Below are positions 27,095 to 35,589 of a stretch of DNA of 64,000 nucleotides, piece by piece (within the stretch, counting starts at the first letter, position 1; each line of letters begins with the position of its first letter). Position numbers and translations under genes: made by a program. The notes beneath the pieces were generated by a model that saw only the letters and a list, made by a program, of their open reading frames with translations, was not told where the DNA came from and did not search any database. The stretch covers positions 352,001 to 416,000 of the forward strand of contig JANRKO010000006.1 of NCBI GenBank assembly GCA_033763455.1, written 5' to 3'. Source of the DNA: Polyangiaceae bacterium (GTDB taxonomy: Bacteria > Myxococcota_A > Polyangia > Polyangiales > Polyangiaceae).

Positions 27095-28738
27095 ATGAAG
27101 TTTGATCGTCAACATCGCAGATTTTTCCTCCAGGGTCTGGGTGGCGCCATGCTCGCGCTGCCATTTTTGCCGTCCCTCATGGGCGATGAAAAGAAAGCTC
27201 ATGCGCAGAACGCCGCCAAGAAGCGCTTCATTACTATCAAGTCTTACAGCGCGCAGAACATCCGGGATTGGTATCCGTCTCGGGCAGTGCAAGGCTACAC
27301 CTTGCGGGACTACGGTGCGGATGAAGTGGGGGGTGGCAACGGCAAGCGTGACGGCACGCTCGCGCTTTCTCAGAAGCTGCGGGAGAGCAGCGGAAAACAT
27401 TCGGACAATAAGGAGTACTTTGGCACTTATGCGCCCCTCACGGACTTCGCCAATCCAGGTATCTCTAAGATCTTAGGCCCGGCACTGAACCCATTCCTCA
27501 GCAAGCTATTGTTGTTGCGTGGGCTCGATTTCATGCCCATGACCAACCACAACGACGGTGGCATTTTGGGCAATTATAAGGGCGGCTCGATTGACGGGGG
27601 CGCTGCTGCGATGGAGGAGTTTCCCACGATTGATCAGGTGTTGGCCTATAATTCTGGGTTCTACCCGCAAACACCTTCCGGTGGCCGATCGCTACATCTT
27701 TCCCCCGGGCGCGCCAACACGTTTTCCTACACCCACCAAGGGAACCTTACAGGACCCGTCACGCAGGTAACGGCGGACATCGATCCGAAGGTTGTGTTCG
27801 ACCGGCTGTTTGCCAATCTCGTCCCCCCTGGCGGTACACCTCCACCGGTGGATCCCAATAAGTACCTTGTGGATCGCGTGGTCGCAGATTACGCAAGCTT
27901 GAAGCAGAATCCTCGCCTGAGCATGGCCGATCAACAAACGGTCGAACGCCACATCGGCTTCCTCGCGGAATTGCAAGCGCGCCTCAACGCCACGCCGAGC
28001 ACGGTCGCTTGCACCAGGCCCAATGCACCTGCTTCTTCAACGCTCCAGGGCACCGATCCTGCCGAGATTACCCGAGTGTTTGAGTCCATGACGGATCTCA
28101 TCGCTGCGGCCGTTCAGTGCGATTTGACGCGCATTTTTACCCTCGATGTGTACAAAGCCGTGGGCCAGGTAAACGGTGCCGATCAGGGTTTCGAGCACAG
28201 TTGCGCGAGCTGCCAGGGCAACCCCAACCCCACCGATTGGCACCGGGCGGCCCACGATTGGGATCAAATTCCACAGCGCGACAAAGTTGTGTCGCTCAAC
28301 GAATGGATGACTCGCAAGATTTTTGTGAGGCTGCTTGAGAAGCTGGATGTCCCAGAAGCAGATGGCAAGACGTATCTGGACAACTCTTTGGTTCTATGGG
28401 GCAATGAGCTAGGGATGAATCATCTCAGCTACAGTGTGCCCACACTCATGGCGGGTAGCCTGGGTGGGCATTTTGAAACAGGCCGCTACATCGACTATAT
28501 CGACTGGGATCGCTCCGACAAGTTTTCGCAGCACAACGGTATGGTCATTGAGGGAGTGCCATACAATCGCCTCTTCATCTCCATTTTGCAGGCATTTGGC
28601 CTAGCCCCGAGCGACTATGAGCGCCAGCCCGGCGTTGGCTACGGCGAAACACGCACCCTCGGTAAGCCTGCGGATGCGTTCGCGGTGGACTACGATCCCA
28701 GTCAAATCGCCCGGCCGTTGCCAGCTCTGCGCGTGTAA
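27095..28738 (+). CDS. DUF1552 domain protein with Tat signal
   Basis: RRFFLQGLGGAMLALPFLPSL, TIDQVLA, DPKVVFDRLF, CDLTR, LDNSLVLWGNELG. Confidence 0.88.
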   Translation: MKFDRQHRRFFLQGLGGAMLALPFLPSLMGDEKKAHAQNAAKKRFITIKSYSAQNIRDWYPSRAVQGYTLRDYGADEVGGGNGKRDGTLALSQKLRESSGKHSDNKEYFGTYAPLTDFANPGISKILGPALNPFLSKLLLLRGLDFMPMTNHNDGGILGNYKGGSIDGGAAAMEEFPTIDQVLAYNSGFYPQTPSGGRSLHLSPGRANTFSYTHQGNLTGPVTQVTADIDPKVVFDRLFANLVPPGGTPPPVDPNKYLVDRVVADYASLKQNPRLSMADQQTVERHIGFLAELQARLNATPSTVACTRPNAPASSTLQGTDPAEITRVFESMTDLIAAAVQCDLTRIFTLDVYKAVGQVNGADQGFEHSCASCQGNPNPTDWHRAAHDWDQIPQRDKVVSLNEWMTRKIFVRLLEKLDVPEADGKTYLDNSLVLWGNELGMNHLSYSVPTLMAGSLGGHFETGRYIDYIDWDRSDKFSQHNGMVIEGVPYNRLFISILQAFGLAPSDYERQPGVGYGETRTLGKPADAFAVDYDPSQIARPLPALRV

Positions 28739-29127
28739 GCGCTTACTGCCCTGCGGACCCTGATCCGGTGGCACAGATGTTGACGCTAATTTTGGGGGGC
28801 GGCTGGAGGTCGCTCCGGCGCCGCTCCGGCGCAAGGGCGAGCAACTTTGAGGGGTTGAGGCCGGCACGGAGCTCGATTTACTGAGGCGAGGCGCGCTCTA
28901 GAGCGCAGCTGCTAAGGAATGGGCAAAGCTACGCCCCGTCTCTGAAAATCGAGCCCGTTTTAAGAGCGACCAACGAGGACGGCACAAGCCAGCGTCGTCA
29001 GACGGTGCAGACAACGAGCGCGGCCAATCGACGGCGGGAGGCGACAAAGTCGATTAGGCGTTCGGCCGCGCGAGCGATGCGGAGCACGAGCGAATTCCCT
29101 GAGGTCGCGGTCTGCCCCGCATCTTCT

Positions 29128-29430
29128 TAGATTAACTACTAGCGGATGTCGCCCATTCCCGTAATCTCCAATAGTGCTCGTTTTTGGGATTGGGCATCCG
29201 TGGGTGGTTGCCGCCCCTTCCACGTTGTTTATCCCCAATCCCAAAAACGAGCAGCCGCGCTGCCCGCGACTTTTCAGGTTGCAACCCCTCCGTTGCAGCG
29301 CGGAGCTGCCAGGCACACGCCCCTCCCGCGGCTCCCGCCTTCGGGAGACGCTTGGCGAGGGGCAAGCTGCCGCTTCATGCGGCAGCTGGGGTGGGCCCCC
29401 AAACGGTTACGCCCTACCGCTGGATCAGGG
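29128..29430. repeat. ~300-bp multi-hairpin dispersed element, copy 2
   Basis: Collinear with 17583-17881; perfect 19-bp stem 29176-29194/29234-29252. Confidence 0.9.
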
Positions 29431-29514
29431 GCGGAGCGAGCGGCTGGTCAGACGTCACGTACCAGGCGATGATGGTTGGTTGAAGGGCGAGGATGCGTCG
29501 CTCAAGGAGGAGTC

Positions 29515-31002
29515 ATGGCGGAGCAAGGCACAGAGGGTTTCGGGTTTGAGCACGCAGTGGGGTTCGCACCGGGGGAGCACAATGGGGCGCTGGGCCTTGG
29601 GGCTCTAGAAGTTCAATACAGTGAGCTTTTCGCAGAAGCTTTATCGGACGGAGTGATCACGGCCGAAGAGCGCGCTCACCTTGAACGGGCTGCGGGCAAC
29701 CTTGGCCTCGATAGGGCAAAGCTCTTGAAGCTCGAAGCGGCGCTGCTTGCTGCTTACGAGAGCCACCGCAACGTGCGGGTGGTTGAGCAGTATGAAGAAC
29801 GGGCAAGCTCGCTCGCTCCGCTCCAGATGGGCCAGAAAGGCGGGGCGGATTCGCCGGCTTTGTTGCAACGCATTTCAGAGCTTGAGGCGCGCGTCTTGGA
29901 GCTTGAAGCGGAGCTTCGGCGGGCTCAGTCGTTGGTGAATGTTGAGGTGGATCTCGGTGGCCTCCAGACGGCGGCCCAAGTGGCGTCCGAAGATCCGCAG
30001 GAGGTTTGGCGTTCGATTCGTCGGGATCCTACCAACCCAGAACACCTCCGGGTGCTCTACAGAGTTTACGACGCCCATGCCGAGGCCGATGGTCGCTGGT
30101 GTGCGGCACAAGCGCTCGTCGCTCTCAATGCGGCGGGGCCTGAAGAAAAGGCTTGTTTCGAGGCTGGCAGAAAGCTCAGCTTGATCACGCCGACGGCTAG
30201 CATTCTCCCCGAAAGTTGGCGTGACTTCCTCTTTCACCCAGAAGAAGAGATCATCGCGGGTCAGATCTTGGGCCTCATCGCGCCCGCAGTTCTGATTGGT
30301 CGCGTGAGTGCGCTCGGTCGCGACGGTCGCCTCCACCGGCCACACCCCGAGCACCTGCAAGATCCTACCGAATCCACGCTTACCGCTGTACGAGCCCTCC
30401 CTTGGGCAGCTGCCATCTTGGGTCTTCCAACGCCTCAGATCTACGTGGAGAAAGAGAGAGACTCAGGTTACGAAATCCTCCCCGGCGTTCCGCCTGTTAC
30501 GGTGATTGGTAGGCGGGCACTCTCTGGCCTTACTCAACCAGGTTACGCGTTCAAAGTGGCGCGGCACCTCGTGGGTTATCGCAAAGAGCATTTTGTTAAG
30601 AGCCTGTTCAGTGCCATTCCAGATCTAGAGGATCTGTTCCTTGCGGCTCTCTGCATCGGAAACCCCGGGCTTCCCATCGCTGATGATATGAAGCGGCGCG
30701 TGGCCCCGATAGCGCAGGCGATTGAGCCACTTTTGGACGCGCCACAGCGCGATACGCTGAAGAGCTGCTTTTTGCATTTCGTGGAAGAAGGCGGGCGCAC
30801 GAACCTCCAGCGCTACAGCCGCTCTGCCGATAAAACGGCTTGCCGTGCCGGGCTCGTACTTGCCAACGATCTGCCCACGGTGGCGACGCTGCTTGAATCA
30901 GAAGAGGGCAAACACGGCGAGCTTTTCAAAGATCTCGTGGTTTTTTCGACGAGCGATCGCTACCTGGGCATTCGTAAACAGATCGGGATTGCACTCGCGT
31001 AA
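29515..31002 (+). CDS. Hypothetical protein (TerB-like N-terminus, coiled coil, helical C-terminal domain)
   Basis: AAGGAGG RBS before ATG at 29515; ALSDGVITAEERAHLERAA; LQRISELEARVLELEAELRR. Confidence 0.8.
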   Translation: MAEQGTEGFGFEHAVGFAPGEHNGALGLGALEVQYSELFAEALSDGVITAEERAHLERAAGNLGLDRAKLLKLEAALLAAYESHRNVRVVEQYEERASSLAPLQMGQKGGADSPALLQRISELEARVLELEAELRRAQSLVNVEVDLGGLQTAAQVASEDPQEVWRSIRRDPTNPEHLRVLYRVYDAHAEADGRWCAAQALVALNAAGPEEKACFEAGRKLSLITPTASILPESWRDFLFHPEEEIIAGQILGLIAPAVLIGRVSALGRDGRLHRPHPEHLQDPTESTLTAVRALPWAAAILGLPTPQIYVEKERDSGYEILPGVPPVTVIGRRALSGLTQPGYAFKVARHLVGYRKEHFVKSLFSAIPDLEDLFLAALCIGNPGLPIADDMKRRVAPIAQAIEPLLDAPQRDTLKSCFLHFVEEGGRTNLQRYSRSADKTACRAGLVLANDLPTVATLLESEEGKHGELFKDLVVFSTSDRYLGIRKQIGIALA

Positions 31003-31066
31003 CAAGCGACCCTGGACGGCGCATGAAGGGGAAGGCGGTGAGGGTCCATTCAACCATTGCAGGGAT

Positions 31067-31182
31067 ACTTAGCATGCAAAGTGATTCGAGCGGAGCGCGA
31101 AGGGGCCCGAACGGGCTGAAGGAAACTTAGCATGCAAAGTGATTCGAGCGGAGCGCGGAGGGGCCCGAACGGGCTGAAGGAA
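31067..31182. repeat. Two tandem 58-bp units homologous to the 2481-2676 repeat
   Basis: ACTTAGCATGCAAAGT cores at 31067 and 31125; GCGAAGGGG and GGGCT at about the same offsets as in the first locus. Confidence 0.92.
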
Positions 31183-31240
31183 GCAGCGGTGTCCCGGACA
31201 CGAACGAGCGCTCGCTGGGCCCAACGCACGTGAGGAGGCG

Positions 31241-32722
31241 TTACTTGAAGCCGGGCAAAAAACGGCTCTCAGCCTTGAAAAGATCGAGCGTAAGTTGCTT
31301 GATTTCTTTGGGTGAACAGACAGCAGCAGTGTAGGGATCTAGAAGGAGCGCGTGGATGGCGGCTTCAACGCTCTTCTCGATAGCTGCTGTGGCGCCAAGA
31401 TCGTACATGCGCATTTGCCAATCGCAGATTGCCGCCATCTGTGGTGGGAGGCGCCCGTAGACAGTCGGGTTAACGCCGTTGCGGTCGATCATGCACGCGA
31501 CTTCCACCACGCCGTCGTGCGGGAGGTTGTCGATTAAGGGGCCGCCCCCTTTGGATCGATTCATCACGTTGCCGTGGATCCGGAAGGGCGAATCTTTCTC
31601 CCTAGCTTCGATGATGAAGGACGCGTATTCCCAAGATCGCTTCCAATCGATGCTGCGGGTACCGGCCACCATCTCCAGCCGATCCGTGTCTGCTCGCTTA
31701 CGCCAGATTGGCCAATTGTTGCGGTAAAAGGCCGATTCTCCCTCGTATCGCTCCCGCAGGTAACGCTTCTGCAAGTCTTTTCTTTTGCGATAGTAAGGGA
31801 GGTATTCGGACAGATGCCCCGAGCTTTCGGTGATGAACGCGCCGAAGTGCAGCATCATGTCCTTGCGCACCAGGTCGCCGGCGTCCTTTGCGTTAGGGGG
31901 CTTGCCCGCGAGATCTTTCTCGGCCAACGCCATGAGCTTCGGGTAAAGATCTTTTCCTGCATGCCGCAGCTTGGTGAACCAGGCCAGGTGATTCACGCCG
32001 GCGCATTCCCATTCGAGTTCGGCATACGGCACATTGGCGCGCCCGGCCAAAAGATGGCTGGTGCCCTGCACTGAATGGCAGAGGCCAACTGCCGCCACAG
32101 GACTCGTTCTACCAGCGGCGAGCATCATCATGCTCATCGGATTGGTATAGTTGAGCACGAGTGCCTCTGGGCAGAGCCGCTCCACATCCTTCAACACTTC
32201 TATCCACACGGGGATCGTGCGTAGCCCCTTAAAGAGCCCGCCGGGCCCGATGGTGTCCCCGATGCACTGATCGATACCGTACTTCAGCGGGATATCGTTG
32301 TCGTGCTTCACGCATTCGACGCCACTTACCTCGATGCAGTTGACGATATAGTGCGAACCTTTGAGCACCTTCTTGCGATCACTCGAAGCTGTCACCTTCC
32401 AGCGAGGCTTGCCGAGGGTTTCCAAGAGCTTCTGGATGAGGGCATGCATTGTCCTCAGCCTTTCCTCGTCGACATCTACGAGCGCGATTTCGCCAGCCTC
32501 GGCGCCCGGCATCCGCAATACGTCGTTGACTAGGCGCGGTGTAAAAGCAGAGCCCGCCCCCAGCATGGTTAGCTTGAGGCTGCGGCCTAGCTTTCCGGGC
32601 AGCCCCACGTCAGCCTCGGCCTCCTTCGTATGTTCTTGGTGCCCCCGATCGACCGCTTTTGCAGCCGGCTTTCGCGGAAGAGATTGGGCGGGGCCTCGAG
32701 GTGCAGACGGGCTTTTGGGCAT
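31241..32722 (-). CDS. melA: Family 4 glycoside hydrolase (NAD-dependent alpha-galactosidase)
   Basis: LGAGSAF, DIPLKYGIDQCIGDTIGPGG, LNYTNPM, GLCHSVQG, AGVNHLAWF, TESSGHLSEY. Confidence 0.92.
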   Translation of the reverse strand: MPKSPSAPRGPAQSLPRKPAAKAVDRGHQEHTKEAEADVGLPGKLGRSLKLTMLGAGSAFTPRLVNDVLRMPGAEAGEIALVDVDEERLRTMHALIQKLLETLGKPRWKVTASSDRKKVLKGSHYIVNCIEVSGVECVKHDNDIPLKYGIDQCIGDTIGPGGLFKGLRTIPVWIEVLKDVERLCPEALVLNYTNPMSMMMLAAGRTSPVAAVGLCHSVQGTSHLLAGRANVPYAELEWECAGVNHLAWFTKLRHAGKDLYPKLMALAEKDLAGKPPNAKDAGDLVRKDMMLHFGAFITESSGHLSEYLPYYRKRKDLQKRYLRERYEGESAFYRNNWPIWRKRADTDRLEMVAGTRSIDWKRSWEYASFIIEAREKDSPFRIHGNVMNRSKGGGPLIDNLPHDGVVEVACMIDRNGVNPTVYGRLPPQMAAICDWQMRMYDLGATAAIEKSVEAAIHALLLDPYTAAVCSPKEIKQLTLDLFKAESRFLPGFK

Positions 32723-32859
32723 GTAATTCGCTCTCTTACTACCGTGTGTGGCCGCTTGCCAGCGCCCCTTGCCTTCTTTTACGCGACCCGGCGAGGAGTG
32801 GGCGCCGTTCAGTCAGCGCTTTGCCAAGCTCAGAGCGCCCATGCTGTTGTCGTTCATCG

Positions 32860-33768
32860 TTACGGCCGGCGGCCGGTGTTTACCGCATGTTTAGGATGGG
32901 TGATCCATTCACTGTAGGAGCCTGCATAGAGGCGCGGTAGCGGCAACCCGGCGTGGGCTGCGGCGAGCACATTGTGGCAAGCGGTGACTCCCGAGCCACA
33001 ATACATCACGCTGGTTGCGCCCGTGTCCGCGCCGGCGGCCTGAAAGCGTGCGCGTAGCTCCGAAGCGGTTCGAAACTTGCCGGCGTTGAGGTTCTCGCCG
33101 AACGGCAAGCTTTGGGCGGTAGGAATGTGCCCGGGGATCCGATCTATAGGCTCTACTTCACCTGCGTAGCGTTCGACCGCACGCGCATCGAAGAGGCGGG
33201 CATTACCACTCGCTATCGCGACCTCGACTTCTTCGGTGGTGCACAACCACGAGGCTTTGGGGGCAATACGTGGTGCGTCTTTTCTCTCGCGGATGTTTTT
33301 CATTGCTGCAGGTTCTTGGCTTACTGCACCAGAGGCTGCCAGCCAGCCGCTCCACCCGCCATCAAGCACTGCCTGCCCGCCTGGGTGCCTAAGCCAGCCC
33401 AGAAGCCACCATAGCCGAGCTGCAAAGGCACCGCCCACGTCGTCGTAGGCTACCACTTGCGTGTGTTCGGAGATCCCCCAGCTCTCGAGTTTCTCCCAGA
33501 AAATGAAGGGATCGGGCAGCGGGTGGCGCCCCGTCTTTCCCGCAATTATCGGGCCGGAAAGGTCTTTTTCAAGATCGGCGAAGATTGCGCCTGGGATGTG
33601 TGAAGCCGCATATGCTTGCGCACCGGCCTCCGGTGACCCGAGCGTGAATCTGCAATCAACGATGACCAACTGTGCTTCACCGGTTGAGCTCTTGGAGCCA
33701 TCGGTCGGGGCGCTTGCGGCCTCCATCAAGCCTACGAGCTCATCGGCTGAAATTAGCGTTTCAAACAC
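32860..33768 (-). CDS. sseA: Tandem-rhodanese sulfurtransferase (SseA-like)
   Basis: HIPGA, GRHPLP, AARLWW, GHIP, YCGSGVTAC, LYAGSYSEW; GGAGG RBS before GTG at 33768. Confidence 0.9.
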   Translation of the reverse strand: MFETLISADELVGLMEAASAPTDGSKSSTGEAQLVIVDCRFTLGSPEAGAQAYAASHIPGAIFADLEKDLSGPIIAGKTGRHPLPDPFIFWEKLESWGISEHTQVVAYDDVGGAFAARLWWLLGWLRHPGGQAVLDGGWSGWLAASGAVSQEPAAMKNIRERKDAPRIAPKASWLCTTEEVEVAIASGNARLFDARAVERYAGEVEPIDRIPGHIPTAQSLPFGENLNAGKFRTASELRARFQAAGADTGATSVMYCGSGVTACHNVLAAAHAGLPLPRLYAGSYSEWITHPKHAVNTGRRP

Positions 33769-33782
33769 CAGTTTACCTCCGC

Positions 33783-34082
33783 TCAGCCATTCCTTCGGCT
33801 GCGCAGTGTAAGCCACTCAGCGGCCGCTCCCAGGCGCCCTTGTTCACCACGTACACGGTCAATCCAATGGCGAAGCCCGGCGGGGCTCATGAGCGTTTCT
33901 GGTCTGTTGGATGTAGGTGCTTCTCGGAGCGTGCCTGTTTCGAGGGTGGCCTCTACGGTCTGCTCGGCCAGCGCCGACGCCACAGCCAGGACCTTGTTGA
34001 GTTGCTCCTCTAGCCACTCGGGCTCTCCACGCCCCGAGAAACGCACAGTTCCCACACGGACGTTGATTTCCGCTTTCGCCAT
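33783..34082 (-). CDS. Small hypothetical protein
   Basis: ATG start MAKAEINVRVGTVRFSGRGEPEWLEEQL; ends just upstream of the sseA RBS. Confidence 0.6.
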   Translation of the reverse strand: MAKAEINVRVGTVRFSGRGEPEWLEEQLNKVLAVASALAEQTVEATLETGTLREAPTSNRPETLMSPAGLRHWIDRVRGEQGRLGAAAEWLTLRSRRNG

Positions 34083-34217
34083 TTTCCGCAATTTCCCAAA
34101 AGCCTGTCTGGACCGCTTCCCGGCGCTACGAGGTAACCTAGAGAGCCGGACGGTACACCAGTTTCCACGGGGGCTCGAGGGTGCGATAGATCCCCCCGGG
34201 GCCTCTTGGGGCGAGCG

Positions 34218-34239
34218 AGTACTTAGCATGCTAAGTACT
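34218..34239. promoter_or_regulatory. Perfect 22-bp palindrome AGTACTTAGCATGCTAAGTACT (candidate operator)
   Basis: Exact inverted repeat in a divergent intergenic region; same core as the 58-bp repeats. Confidence 0.6.
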
Positions 34240-34425
34240 GCTTGTTGGGCGGAGATGCCCCCCGCGCGTCGTCCAGTACGACAAAATGCCGATCAACAGC
34301 TCCCTCGGCCCAACCTCAGCACCGTCACGGGGCCGCCCCGCGGGTGGCCACCGAAGGCTGGAACCCGGGACGAAGGTGAGCCGTGAGGGCCCCGCGCAAC
34401 CGTGTCGTTGTGGTATGGGGCCGCC

Positions 34426-35571
34426 ATGCTGACTGCAGAAGGATGTCGTGGGCGCCGCGAGCGGCTTTGGAAACACATACAATTGGACTTGGGCGAAGTG
34501 GACGCGGTTCTGATCACGGAGCCGGCCCACGTCACGTACCTCTCGGGGTTTTGTCTCTCGGCCTACGAGTTTCGCTCTGTGTTGGCCGCTGCGTGGCTGG
34601 TGCTGCACTCGAATGGGCGAGCTGTTCTTGTAGCGGATAATCTCCTTCGCCCTTACGCAGATGCGGCGTTCGTGGACGAGATCATTGACCCCGTGTGGTA
34701 CAATGGAAACGCAAGTGCAGGTTCGCGCCGCGAGCTGTTGGTCGCTGGGGCTAAACAAGCGCTCGGCAACCTTGGTACGCGGCGTGTGGCCTTGGAAGGG
34801 GCTAGCGCTCCACTTTCGGTGGTGGATAAGCTCCGGGAAGGCGGCGCCACGTGGGTGGATCTTGGCCAAGCGCTCGCCGTTCTACGGGCGAAAAAAGACG
34901 CTGACGAGATCGCGGTGTTTCGTCGCTCGGTGGCGGCGGGTGAAGCGGGGCATGCCGCGGCCCTCCGCGAACTACGCCCGAAAATGACTGAATACGACCT
35001 CTATCACCTTGTGCGACGAGCGGTCGAGGTGTCGCTCGGCGAGCCAGCCCAGGTGTACGGTGACTTCGTTTCCGGTCCGCGCTGTGAGGAAATCGGAGGG
35101 TTCGCCTCCGCGCGCGTGATCGAGAAGGGAGATTTGGTGCTTTTGGATTTCTCAGTGGTGGTGCAAGGCTACCGTTGTGATTTTGCCAACACATTCGTGT
35201 GTGACGGCGAACCGAAAGCCGACCTACAGGAGGCCTTTTTGGCCTGCAGAGCAGCGATGGACGTGGGTGAGAAAGCTGCTCGTGCTGGGGTCCCTTGTCG
35301 CACGGTCGACGAAGCCGTGCGCGCAAGCCTTGGTGAGCGGCGCTCGAACTTTCTGACACATTCTGGGCACGGCCTCGGGCTCGGTCATCCGGAGACGCCT
35401 TTCATCGTGCCGGCGAGCACCGATACCTTACAAAGCGGCAACATCATCACGATTGAACCAGGCCAATACGTTCCGGGTGCCTATGGGCTCCGAATCGAGC
35501 GCAATTACCTGGTGACAGAAGCTGGGCTTGAGGTGCTTTCGAAGCACGAAATACGGCTCACGCAGATCTAA
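34426..35571 (+). CDS. M24 (Xaa-Pro) aminopeptidase
   Basis: DLVLLD...GYRCD, HSGHGLGL..PE, TIEPGQY, GLRIE. Confidence 0.93.
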   Translation: MLTAEGCRGRRERLWKHIQLDLGEVDAVLITEPAHVTYLSGFCLSAYEFRSVLAAAWLVLHSNGRAVLVADNLLRPYADAAFVDEIIDPVWYNGNASAGSRRELLVAGAKQALGNLGTRRVALEGASAPLSVVDKLREGGATWVDLGQALAVLRAKKDADEIAVFRRSVAAGEAGHAAALRELRPKMTEYDLYHLVRRAVEVSLGEPAQVYGDFVSGPRCEEIGGFASARVIEKGDLVLLDFSVVVQGYRCDFANTFVCDGEPKADLQEAFLACRAAMDVGEKAARAGVPCRTVDEAVRASLGERRSNFLTHSGHGLGLGHPETPFIVPASTDTLQSGNIITIEPGQYVPGAYGLRIERNYLVTEAGLEVLSKHEIRLTQI

Positions 35572-35589
35572 CCCCCGCACGGCCCCGGC

